NCBI RefSeq assembly: GCF_020745735.1
Contig: NC_083424.1
Location: forward strand, 20,384,999 to 20,448,998
Direction of reading: 5' to 3'
DNA length: 64,000 bases
From: Hemiscyllium ocellatum
Taxonomy: Eukaryota
A model generated the notes under the pieces. It was not told where the DNA came from. It saw only the letters and a program-made list of their open reading frames with translations, and did no database searches. Positions 37,001 to 45,931 of the stretch are shown here, piece by piece. Each line of letters opens with the position of its first letter. Within the stretch, counting starts at the first letter, position 1. The position numbers and the translations under genes are program-made.

Positions 37001-38585
37001 CCGGTATATTGGGTCCAGATCAATGTGCTTATTGATTGAATCTGTGGATGAGTGCCATGCCTCTAGGAATTCCCTGGCTGTTCTCTGTTTGGCTTGTCCT
37101 ATAGTAGTAGTGTTGTCCCAGTCGAATTGATGTTGCTTGTCATCTGCGTGTGTGGCTACTAAGGATAGCTGGTTGTGTCGTTTCGTGGCTAGTTGGTGTT
37201 CATTGCGGATCGTTAGCTGTCTTCCTGTTTGTCATATGAAGTGTTTTGTGCAGTCCTTGTATGGGATTTTGTATAGTACATTGGTTTTGCTCATGCTGGG
37301 TATCGAGTCCTTCATTCTGGTGAGTTGTTGGCTGAGAGTGGCTGTTGGTTGTGTGCTGTTATGACTCCTTTGAACACCTACAGGCAAGAGATGCTAAGAC
37401 AAGCCAGGAAATGGGAATCCTGTGCCAACCACCTAAGCGCCACATACGAACAACTCCGGTTCCTGCATGAATGCTGAAAGGACTCATAACAGCACACAAA
37501 CCAACAGCCACTCTCAGACAACAACTCACCAGAACGAAGGACCCGATACCCAGCATGAGCAAAACCAATGTAGTGTTCAAAATCCCATGCAAGGACTGCA
37601 CAAAACACTACATAGGACAAACAGGAAGACAGCTAACGATCCGCATCCATGAGCACCAACTAGCCACGAAACGACACAACAACTATCCTTAGTAGCCACA
37701 CACGCAGATGACAAGCAACATGAGTTCGACTGGGACAACACTACTACTATAGGACAAGCCAAACAGAGAACAGCCAGGGAATTCCTCCACAGATTCAATC
37801 AATAAGCACATCGATCTGGACCCAATATACCGGCCACTGCAACGGACAGCTGGAACTGACAACCGGAAGCGACAAATTCAAACCATTACAAATGCCAGAG
37901 AAAAGATCACAGAATCGCTTCACAGGAGACTCCCAAGCACTGAGGATGTCACCTAGACAGGGGACAAAACATCTACAACACAAATTCCCAGCTCAGCGAA
38001 CAGAGCCACAACAACGTGCACCTGAGCTACAAATCTTCTCACAAACTTTGAACTTATTCCAAAGCTTTGTTAGCCCCGAATGAAAGTTAAAACCTTCCTG
38101 TGACGGATCACTTTCAAATTAAATGAGCATGCCCTGATATGTAAACTCTTCACCATAGTATACAACTGGCAATTTTGTTATTCCCTGGATCTAGAATTAC
38201 AAGCTTTTCTTCTTCAATTTTTTAAACAGGTGGTTACATGCAGCCAGGAGCTCGGGAGAACATTGCCTATCTTACCCACACAGAGCGCCGGAGAGACTTT
38301 CAGTATGAGGCAATGCAAGAGCGCCGTGAGGCGGAGAATCTGGCACACCGTGGCATTGGGGTCAGCTCTGCCTCCATACCAATGAACTTCAAGGACTTGA
38401 TCCAGGCAAAGGCTGAAGAGCACAATATTGTCTTCATGCCCTTGATGGGGAAACGTCATGAGGGCAAACAGCTCTACACCTTTGGTCGGATAGTTATTTA
38501 CATTGACAGAGGGGTTGTGTTTGTGCAGGGGGAGAAAACCTGGGTGCCAACATCACTTCAGAGCCTCATTGACATGGCTAAATAA
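6866..38585 (+). CDS. TFIP11: Tuftelin-interacting protein 11 (G-patch spliceosome disassembly factor, Ntr1/Spp382 homolog), spliced CDS, 830 aa
   Basis: Exons 6866-7065, 8063-8222, 11949-12105, 13187-13314, 19961-20119, 23674-24177, 24836-24942, 28698-28866, 30980-31223, 33021-33163, 33457-33622, 38230-38585. All introns are GT-AG with consistent phases, total 2493 nt. Diagnostic peptides: [15 protein letters not shown]-patch [21 protein letters not shown]-terminal [14 protein letters not shown]. Confidence 0.97.
8063..8222 (+). CDS. TFIP11: TFIP11 coding exon 2
   Basis: [14 protein letters not shown]...KKLKT|gtaagt. Confidence 0.95.
8815..9180 (+). mobile_element. SacSINE1-like Deu-domain SINE
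   Basis: tRNA-like head (ggtttgaattcc), Deu-like core tacctggtc...tacatgt...tgtggttgactcttaactgccctctg, tail agggcaaatagagatgggaaataaatgctgg. Confidence 0.7.
9505..11300 (-). mobile_element. CR1/HER1 LINE 3' fragments (two pieces)
   Basis: Minus-strand ORF2 peptides [18 protein letters not shown] and [14 protein letters not shown]; (ctctatga) tail. Confidence 0.9.
11949..12105 (+). CDS. TFIP11: TFIP11 coding exon 3 (G-patch)
   Basis: GGFFK...[30 protein letters not shown]; not in the ORF track in this frame. Confidence 0.95.
12470..13090 (-). mobile_element. CR1 LINE internal fragment
   Basis: [15 protein letters not shown] peptide, shared with the 55315-55518 ORF. Confidence 0.75.
13187..13314 (+). 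CDS. TFIP11: TFIP11 coding exon 4
   Basis: [24 protein letters not shown]...EEAEE|gtttgt. Confidence 0.93.
15162..15809. mobile_element. Solo LTR (about 648 bp) nested in the LINE
   Basis: TGTTAT...ATGACA termini, flanked by ctgg and ccgg (4-bp TSD with one CpG transition); interrupts LINE coding sequence. Confidence 0.7.
16213..16976. mobile_element. Family A fold-back element built from a 354-nt circularly permuted, HHR-containing monomer; 14-bp TSD
   Basis: GCAGCATTAGGTAT at 16199-16212 and 16977-16990; 354-nt periodicity in both arms. Confidence 0.85.
17580..17773. mobile_element. Family A fold-back element with 14-bp TSD
   Basis: CAATTAGCGCCCAG at 17566-17579 and 17774-17787; the arms meet at the HHR. 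Confidence 0.85.
17697..17730 (+). ncRNA. Minimal type I hammerhead ribozyme motif (GUA site)
   Basis: tc-CTGAAGA-a-gggc-tcat-gtct-GAAA-C-GTA-ga. Core intact; stem II relies on G.U pairs. Confidence 0.6.
18343..18745. mobile_element. Family A fold-back element with imperfect 16-bp TSD
   Basis: CTTGGACTGACAAGTG (18327-18342) versus CTTGGACCAACAAGTG (18746-18761), consistent with CG decaying to TG and CA. Confidence 0.8.
19572..19925 (+). mobile_element. CR1 LINE 3' end
   Basis: [25 protein letters not shown]-terminus plus 3' UTR; ends about 35 nt before a TFIP11 acceptor. Confidence 0.85.
19961..20119 (+). CDS. TFIP11: TFIP11 coding exon 5
   Basis: [12 protein letters not shown]...ELSQVK|gtgcgt. 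Confidence 0.93.
20965..21235 (-). mobile_element. Old HE1-type SINE
   Basis: Degenerate match to the 39175-39490 copy. Confidence 0.65.
22925..23160. mobile_element. Family A fold-back element with two divergent HHR motifs; imperfect 14-bp TSD
   Basis: Near-perfect inverted arms; ccccgtctgactta (22911-22924) versus ccctgtctgacata (23161-23174). Confidence 0.85.
23017..23056 (-). ncRNA. Minimal type I hammerhead ribozyme motif, intact core (GUC site)
   Basis: Minus strand: ggattc-CTGAAGA-a-gggc-ttat-gccc-GAAA-C-GTC-gattct. Stem I has 5/6 pairs, stem II 4 bp, helix III is reduced to palindromic ACGU. Confidence 0.75.
23674..24177 (+). CDS. TFIP11: TFIP11 coding exon 6
   Basis: [15 protein letters not shown]...WNPLQ|gtaagg. 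Confidence 0.95.
24836..24942 (+). CDS. TFIP11: TFIP11 coding exon 7
   Basis: [17 protein letters not shown]...DPYHR, tttag acceptor and gtaaaa donor. Confidence 0.92.
25370..25582. mobile_element. Old fold-back Penelope-related short element (family D)
   Basis: Inverted arms related to 810-935, 31470-31600 and 47860-47990; central CTGAAGA remnant. Confidence 0.6.
26081..26289. mobile_element. Old Tigger-like MITE
   Basis: TA-flanked, degenerate TIRs cagtcagttcttctgtaatgc and (reverse complement) caggttgttttgctataatgc. Confidence 0.55.
27500..27822 (-). mobile_element. HE1-type V-SINE
   Basis: Reverse complement of a tRNA head (tgtgaggcagcagtgctaa), V-domain and CR1-like tail. Confidence 0.8.
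28698..28866 (+). CDS. TFIP11: TFIP11 coding exon 8
   Basis: LMWEVWMP...LIFPKLQRE|gtagga. Confidence 0.95.
29050..30623 (+). mobile_element. CR1/HER1 LINE, 5'-truncated, frameshifted RT
   Basis: [25 protein letters not shown] and [11 protein letters not shown] peptides; ctctatgactct tail. Confidence 0.92.
30980..31223 (+). CDS. TFIP11: TFIP11 coding exon 9
   Basis: [22 protein letters not shown]...NIVPKLG|gtgaga. Confidence 0.95.
32891..32984 (+). mobile_element. Family A single-arm element starting at the HHR; 14-bp TSD
   Basis: GCTATGTTTTAATA at 32877-32890 and 32985-32998; CTGAAGA-a-ggac-tcat-gccc-GAAA-C-GTC at 32897-32924. Confidence 0.85.
33021..33163 (+). CDS. TFIP11: TFIP11 coding exon 10
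   Basis: [13 protein letters not shown]...FFPKWLQ|gtgagt. Confidence 0.95.
33457..33622 (+). CDS. TFIP11: TFIP11 coding exon 11
   Basis: [26 protein letters not shown]...[10 protein letters not shown]|gtaagt. Confidence 0.95.
34238..35316 (+). mobile_element. CR1/HER1 LINE 3' part
   Basis: [14 protein letters not shown] and [12 protein letters not shown] peptides; tctatga tail. Confidence 0.92.
36427..36772 (+). mobile_element. CR1 LINE 3' end (second family)
   Basis: [25 protein letters not shown]; tail cttatggtctta. Confidence 0.85.
36838..38051. mobile_element. Penelope-like retroelement 3' part (GIY-YIG endonuclease) with an inverted partial duplicate; 12-bp TSD
   Basis: [30 protein letters not shown] (37471-37692) is the PLE GIY-YIG signature. 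36838-37371 is the inverse of about 37478-37997. ACTTATTCCAAA at 36826-36837 and 38052-38063. Confidence 0.92.
36860..36897 (-). ncRNA. Minimal type I hammerhead ribozyme motif of the Penelope element, intact core
   Basis: Minus strand: gca-CTGAGGA-t-gtcacc-taga-ggggac-GAAA-C-GTC-tgc; predicted cut between 36863 and 36862. Confidence 0.8.
38230..38585 (+). CDS. TFIP11: TFIP11 last coding exon
   Basis: [14 protein letters not shown]...SLIDMAK, TAA stop at 38583-38585. Confidence 0.96.
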
Positions 38586-38881
38586 TAGACAAATAGGAGC
38601 TGCAGCAATCTGTTGTACTGTTTCATTCCAGTGTCCGAAGTTATACAAGAGGACTCCTGCAGTTTATCCAAGCATAAGGTTGGTGATGACTGGGAAGAGA
38701 CTTTTGTAGTATGAAGAGATCTTCAACATTCTTGGTTTATCTGGTTCGTAGTGTTCAAATGAAATCTTTACTCAATGACTGATTCTAACATTTGATTCTT
38801 TGGGAGTTTCACCATGTTACCTTGTATTTTTTTTAAACATGTAACACTTCCTGTTTATTCTATTGTATTTTATTTATTAGC

Positions 38882-38887
38882 AATAAA
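38882..38887 (+). terminator. Probable TFIP11 polyadenylation signal AATAAA
   Basis: First AATAAA, about 300 nt after the stop, in a T-rich context. Confidence 0.6.
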
Positions 38888-39174
38888 CCTAGAATTCTGG
38901 TTTCATAAGTTTCAATGTTCATATTTTAATCAAAATAAGATGATCAGATGTGAAACTGATACAGATCAATCAGCCAGAGCGTGTTATTGTTGGAAACAAT
39001 AGAGTGAAGAATTCTATTGATGTGCACCACAATACACTGATGACCATCCCTATCTAATTTCAGGAGTCATGCTCACTACAACAATGTTGCTATCTGTTAT
39101 TTGAGGATAAACTTGTTCTGCTTTTCCTCTCCCTATGGTACACAGTAGAGGCTGGAATCAATTAGCTGAATTTT

Positions 39175-39490
39175 TTAGATTAGATTCCCTACAGTGTAGA
39201 AACAGGCCCTTTAGCCCAACAAGTCCGTACCGACCCTCTAAAGAGTAATCCACCCAGACCCATTTCCCTCTGACTTATGCACCCAACGCTATGGGCAATT
39301 TAGCATGGCCAAATCACCTGACCTGCACACCTTTGGACTGTGTGAGGGTACAGGAGCACCCAGAGGAAACCCACACAGCCACTGGGAGAATGTCCAAACT
39401 CCACACAGATAGTCACCTAAGGCTGGAATCGAACCTGGGCCTCTGGCACTGTGAGGCAGCAGTGCTAACCACTGAGCCACCGTGCCACCC
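39175..39490 (-). mobile_element. Full-length HE1-type V-SINE
   Basis: Minus strand: ggcacggtggctcagtggttagcactgctgcctcacag...ggttcgattcc, V-domain, aatctaatcta tail. Confidence 0.9.
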
Positions 39491-42400
39491 CAAATTGTAC
39501 CACAGTCATATGACTGCAATATAGTAACTAGAACTGTCCACCTCTCACTATTTCCAATTCTCCTTCCCAGGGTTAAAAAGAGTACAACTAGCCCTATATC
39601 ATGGTGAAGTGATATGCCAATCAAGTGAGCAGTGTAAGCTGCATACCACTGTCATCAGAATCCTCTCACTTCCCAAGGTGAGGATTAATTATTGAGCCTT
39701 CAGTCCATTCCTGGTGACAGGATAGTTTCTAATGAACAGACAAACAACATAACCTTCACAAATAGTTTTGCAGGTATTATGTACGCAGTCATACTTTGAA
39801 GTGTAACTCCAGCTTTATTCAGTAAGACTGTAAGTCTCATCAATGGAGGATCTACTAATGATCAATTAACTTATGTCAGAAAAAACAACCTTGTAACTTC
39901 CTACAAGTTCCCCTAAAATAGATAAAATGGTCTCTCCCCAAGGTGAGCAGCAAGAGATTTACAAATTGCTGCCAATCAATAAATTTTCATCAGCCTTGCA
40001 GATGTGTAAATGCCTGCTTACAGTTATCTACCTAACAAAAAAGGGCTAAATTAAACATTACTCCACCACAGCAGTAAAGTGATACATTGATTGGAAACAA
40101 TGCATCTTAAAACTATACTGAAATGTTTAACCTTCCTCTGCATTTTTTAAAATGCCAGCAGGAATCTTCCAGAAAAAGCTTGCCACATTTTATTACTGGA
40201 TGCTTCACAGTTCTTGGGAAAAAATGAGTTGTGTGATAATGTATAGTTTGTATTTTTATCACTTTTGTTTTGTTTTCACCAACCTTGTATGTTTGTAAAT
40301 TTTCTTTCACCTTTGTGATGTAACTGTTCACAAATTCATTTTAATGTCCTTTCATTATCTTTCTGACATTCTTTGTCATTGAATAGTTTTCTATTAAACA
40401 GATTATTTAAATCCTGATACCCCTCTGTGAATGAAATTCTCACTCCTCTATTTTTTAAAACCTTATTAAGACTATGAAGGTGGACAAATAAATGCATGTT
40501 CTGGTGCAGGTATACTTATGGTAGACATCTTTTGATGTTTTCAGTTGCCAATTAACCTGTATATCTTCATTATTTTCTGTTTTTATTTCAGGAGATGTAT
40601 GGTGAGCAAGTCTGTAATTTTTGTAGACCACATTTCCCTGCAGAATCTCTGAAGCTCGTATCATATTGAGAGTGATGGAGGAAAACCTTCCAAGTGTTTT
40701 CCATATAGCTGATGGGAGACTATCATCCATATAGTCATATGCAAAATGTACTGTTTTAAAGATATGAAAAGTTTAGAATGGTGCATATTGAGGAATATTT
40801 ATTTGCCAGATTTATCAGTTCTTTTGGAAATATGGTTCAAAACAGACATCAAAAACTTGGGAGCTAGAGGTACTAATTCCATCAGAGAGCAAGTTTACTT
40901 TAGTCCAGGAATATGAGTTTTTTTGGTCAGAAGATTCTGTATTCATCATTTAGTTTGATCAGCATATAAATCTTTCCTTTTTGCTAAGTATTGTTTTGGT
41001 CATGCAATTGTGGACCCCTGCTATGACAGCTGTTTTGCTGCTTAAAAACAGTGATGTAATAGGGAGGTTCCGTATACAGGAAATGTGGATCTTTACTTAC
41101 AATTGGGTGTTTTTGCTCCAGATTCTTCTCTTTGATTTAGTAATGCCAGATATTTTTCTCATGGTGAAACCATTTATTTAAGCTTACTTTAGCTTCATAA
41201 AAAATGCTTTTACCTATCCAGTATCTGGGTAATGTCCAAAATGATTAAGAATTGATTAGAAAATCCTCAATGCTGTATTTTGACTTAGTTGATCTTGTTT
41301 AACGTTTGGAGGACAGTGGAATAAAACTGCTAAATACATCTGATAAATATTAGATGTATCAGTCATCAGAAACAATGGCAAGCTGGATTTTACACTGGTT
41401 GTAGACTTTTATCATTCCAAAGATGAAGAGTAAAGTAACTTGTGTTTGCGAAACAATTACTACTTGAGTATTTTTGAATAAAATACCTAGTGTGAAAAGT
41501 TCAAGGCTGTTAGCTATATTTTTGAATGTGAACTGATTTGTAAGTTCTGTAATAGTTGACATTGTTTTAACTTCTGAATTCGCTGCAACTTACTGTACTT
41601 CAGTTTCCAAATGATGAAGGTTGGCATTGAAAATGTGCATGCTATCATTGGTTGGTTTCCTTGCATTCTTTCACAAACCGTCAGCCCTGATATTTATTGT
41701 TTATTCATGCACAGGTTATCAACAAGGTGTTTTTTCCAGTTATCGGTAGTTACCACATCGGAATTGAAGCTTGAATACAAATCTTTAGTAAGATAAGCAT
41801 TAGAGCTTTTCAAATGTTCCATTCGTAATATTCATCTGTCCTAGTTGAAGCATTTTGATAATGTCCCTGGTTTTATTTTGTCAAACATTCCTCAGTACAG
41901 TTATCTCTGCCAAGCATGACTCCAGCATAATTCTAATATTTGTTAGTGCCCATCTCAGAAATAATTAACTGCAATGGGAACTTCCTTGGAAAAGCCTAAG
42001 TACATTTTATGAGAGGTGAGTCAATGGATATGTTAGGGATGATGAATTTGACTGACATTCTTTAATTTAAGCTTCATAGAGTGGTAGAAAAGAAATCTAA
42101 TGAGAAAACTAATTGTTTTTTTCTAAATAGATTGCAGTCAGGAAATTCTCGAATCCATGTGCGTGATGTTGTTCTTGTGGAACAGGCCACTACACAACTT
42201 TTGTGTCAAACATTTTGAAACAGACGTTTTTTGATACCTGGTGATTATCACTTCTTCTTTTCCTTTCTTCTGTGACACTGTACTTCAATCTTCTTAAGCA
42301 CTCTTCATCATTGTACCCTATTTGGCTATTCACCCTTTAGAAGTAGGACTTTTATTTGGAAGCGTACAAAAAACATGCTAAAAATCCATGCTAAAAATAT

Positions 42401-42888
42401 CTTTAGGTTCATAAGCATTAATTATTTATCTCTTCATTCAGTTGGAATTTCCTTTGGTAAATGTAAGACAGGTAAACGTTTCTTCTGAAATTCCAAATAG
42501 CTATTGCAATGTTTAATTTATTAGTACTTGCTGAATGAATGCAAGGGCTTTAAATTCCAGCAGTTGAATGTTTTTGCCCCAGGAGCCTGGAACCTCCCAT
42601 ATGCTATATGGTATGCTTTATCTTTGTGGTTGTTTGAAACACACTCTTCTAGTCAAAGAATGATTCTCCATGTCATTTCTAGATGTTTTGCTAGATTGTG
42701 CCGATCTCTACAAATTCCCTGCTTCGCCTTTCTGTCTTGTGCTCTAAATCCCTTTGTTTTCATTCATCTCAAGCTCTCTGGGATCAAGACATTCTTTAAA
42801 CTTCAAAATACTTATAACGTTGTGCAGTTTAGTCACATGTATAACAGATTGCGAACAGCAAAACAATATGACACCGCAAAAGATGCTA

Positions 42889-43054
42889 GGAGAAAGTGAG
42901 GACTGCAGATGCTGGAGACCAGAGTCGAAAAGTGTTGCACTGGAAAAGCACAACTGGTCAGGCAGCATCCGAGAAGCAGGATTGAAATGTTGACTCTCCT
43001 GCTCCTCGAATGCTGCCTGACCTGCTGTGCTTTTCCAGCGCAACACTTTTCGAC
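42889..43054. mobile_element. Family A fold-back element (HHR largely deleted)
   Basis: ggagaaagtgaggactgcagatgctgg... and its inverse arm; no clear TSD. Confidence 0.75.
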
Positions 43055-43189
43055 ATGACCAAAGATGTGCCAAGTGTGTAGTAACTGAAAGGGTGCAACA
43101 TTTTTAAATGTTTCTTTTCACACTTGAAAATTATACATAGATCCTTTATGCAGGGATAACTATTAATTGACCAAATTAAGCATCTGGGA

Positions 43190-43530
43190 GGGGAGGCAAT
43201 TATTTGGTGGTATTATCGCTGTTAATCCTGAGATCCAGGTAATGTTCTAGGGAACTGGATTCAAATCCTAGCATGGCAAATGGTGGAATTTGAATTCAGA
43301 GTCCAATGATGACTATGAATCCTTTGTCGATTGTCCAAAAAACTCATCTGGTTCACTAATGTCCTTTAGGGCTGGAAGCCCGCCATCCTTATCTAGTCTG
43401 ACATACATGTGACTCCTGAGCCACAGCAATGTGATTGACTCTTAACTGCCTTCTGGGCAATTAGGGATGGGTAATAAATGCTCGCCTAGACAGTGGTGTC
43501 CTCGTTCTATGAATAAATTAAAAAAAAAAG
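43190..43530 (+). mobile_element. SacSINE1-like Deu-domain SINE
   Basis: Same head and Deu core as 14266-14560, then gggcaattagggatgggtaataaatgc tail and poly(A). Confidence 0.75.
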
Positions 43531-44139
43531 ATGAATTACACATGAGGGAGGATAATATATACTGATTATAATACAAATTTAATGAACTTTAAATAGATTC
43601 TGGGATGAAAATCAACTGTAGTAAAGGGTTCTACTACTTAGGAAACTAGTAACACATGGCACTGCAACTCCCAGAATAAATGGGAGTTTAAAAAAAACTT
43701 AATTTTTGGTTCAATTTAAATTGTTGCATCTGGGTCTAATGGCAAGTTTGGTAATCATGTTGGGAATCAGAGAGTGAGTTTGTGATGGGGGTTAATGGGG
43801 TTTGATGAAACAGTGCAATTCATGAGTTTTGGGCTGCATTCCATAGCGTAAGTTTTGAAACTGAAGTCTAGCGACTCCAGAAGATTCCTGCAGATTGCAC
43901 CTAGATACCACTGTATGTATGATGTGCTGTTAGTGGCAACTTAAAAATTTTTCAGTGTACTTATTTGAGTATGTATGACAATAAAGCTAATTCATTTCAG
44001 TTCAAATATCCCAAAGATCCAGGTAGTCCTTTTGAATAAATTGGTAATTATTTGTGTGTTATTTGCAGGTAATAAGCTTTTTACATTATTGTAAGTTTCC
44101 TTTTGTTTGCTGATGTATTTCTTTCAGATTACACCAGAC

Positions 44140-44525
44140 TGTACCAGTATTGGTAAGGGATCTCAAGGACTGTGCCATCACTATAGGCATTTAGATGAGT
44201 ATGTGAACATTTGCAGGGAGTCTCAGCATGTCACTTTCTAGGGCTTCTTGGGGGAATGCCATTGATTACAGAGGGTCTGAGGGAGTTTGCTGCCTTTTAT
44301 AGAGGATCCTGATTTGTCAACATTTTTAGGGGTTTTGGTGAGCGTAATTGTTTACAGGGGTCTCAGTGGAGTGTGCCACCTTTTGCAGGGTCTGTTATGG
44401 GAGTGTCTCACCATTTACATGGATCTTGGGGTACCACATTATCATTTGCACTGGGTCTCAGGAGTTTGCAGCAACATTTGCCTGGGCTCTTGGAGAAACT
44501 TGGCAACATTAAGAGGGCCTCTTGG
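44140..44525 (+). repeat. Old degenerate minisatellite, about 30-bp unit (approx. gtgtgccaccatttacaggggtctcagggga)
   Basis: Recurrent tttacagggg/ggtctcag/gagtgtg motifs at about 30-nt spacing, judged by eye. Confidence 0.5.
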
Positions 44526-45590
44526 ATAGAATGTGTGTGTTTGGAATACAACAGTAGTGTATCACTTGATACTGAAAATAGAATTCCTCACCGGACCTGG
44601 CCCCAAATTCACAGTACAGCTCTAATGTTGACATCAAGCACGTTTTACACCAGCTCTACTGATTCCTAAATTTACTCTTAAAGGATTGTCCGCATTGGAA
44701 GTGGGTGGAGTTTCTCTTGAGGCATCTTAATGGGACTTGGACAATTTTAACAGAGATCTAAAAATATGAATCAAAAAATAGATTGTAAAACACTTGAGCT
44801 GTGATACAATGAATCTTACCTTCGACACTGGTGTGGTAGTGTTTGTGGGGGCTGGAGAAAGAGGGTGGATTTGAGGTCTATGGAACTTTGTATGAATTCA
44901 AGATCCAGTTGAGGAATTGTACGGGGATGTGGATGGTAATCTGGAGCATTTGGTTGAGTTGGAGCTGTGATAGGGAGTGGTTGGGATTAGTGAAGCACTA
45001 TGTGAGGCATTTGATTGGTGGCTGGGGTTTTTGATTAAGAGTTGGGGCTGTATCTTGGAGGATAATAAGAACTTCGAAGATGTTGGGAGGTGCTGTGAAG
45101 CCAGTATATTGGCATGGAGGCTCCAGCTGTGTCTGGAGGGGTTTAATGGACTGCGGGCAGCAATATGGGGCATTTGTGTACTGACTGTGGGGGCTGCTCA
45201 GATTGATGTGTGGTGTTTGAGGTATTTAGAAAATTGTGGCAGTGTATGAATTATTTAGTGAGGTGAGTGTGGGGCTATCTGGGTTATTTCGATGGTTCTG
45301 GCAGTCTCTGGAGGGGTATAATGCCAGCTGACGGGGAGCATTTGCGTGTTGCAGTGCAGTGGTGGTAGGTTTATGGGAGACGGGAGGTTTAGTGGGAGAC
45401 GGGAAGTTGATGTGGGATATTTGGGAATATTTTTTAGTGGGGATTAATGGGACCGTGGATTGAATTTTGGTGTTTGAGACTGTAGCTGTCTGCGGGTAGG
45501 GGCGGGTGAAGATTAGTGGGACAGTGATGGTAGTTCTGGACACTGGGTGAACGCGGGGCTGATTGAATTGGGATGTGGTAGCTGAGGAGG

Positions 45591-45603
45591 TGGGGGGGTG
45601 TGT

Positions 45604-45634
<31 letters not shown>

Positions 45635-45637
45635 GGG
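45591..45637 (+). repeat. G7-(TG)10-G20 microsatellite
   Basis: Directly visible, just upstream of the CpG-rich exon. Confidence 0.9.
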
Positions 45638-45639
45638 CT

Positions 45640-45931
45640 TCCAGTCTGGCGGTGCTGAGCGCCTGTAACTCGGGATCCCGCAGCCATATCCGTTATATCG
45701 CAGAACTCCAGAAGAGAGGAAGGATCCGAGTGCCAAAGGAGGGAGGGGGGGAAAAGTATGTGGAGCAACATGGCGAACTTTTAATAAACGGAGCTAGAAT
45801 CCGGGGAGTGGGGGAGGCGGACTACACTGGAGAAGCTTTTGTCCGGGTGGATGGGGATATTTGCCGGTGTTGGGACCAGCCAGTGAGTCCCCAGCAGCAG
45901 TACCATGGAAGCAGACAGCAAGAGAGAGAAG
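45640..45931 (+). other. First exon of an unidentified downstream gene; possible coding start MEADSKREK (45905-45931)
   Basis: CpG-rich region about 45640-46450. accATGG strong Kozak at 45905 and AAG|gtgagt donor at 45932. No further exons were recognised. Confidence 0.6.

Noticed and set aside
39420-39490. tRNA gene
   Set aside because: The A/B boxes are the head of an HE1-type SINE and continue into the V-domain and a LINE-like tail. The same applies at 2302, 27780 and 14266.
45226-45771. 181-aa Pro/Thr/His-rich minus-strand ORF
   Set aside because: Explained by base skew and the microsatellite; no ATG start or domain.
45905-45931. Assigning the downstream gene to HPS4 by human synteny
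   Set aside because: MEADSKREK does not match the HPS4 N-terminus as I recall it, and no NYFFLYDG-type exon was seen in the window.
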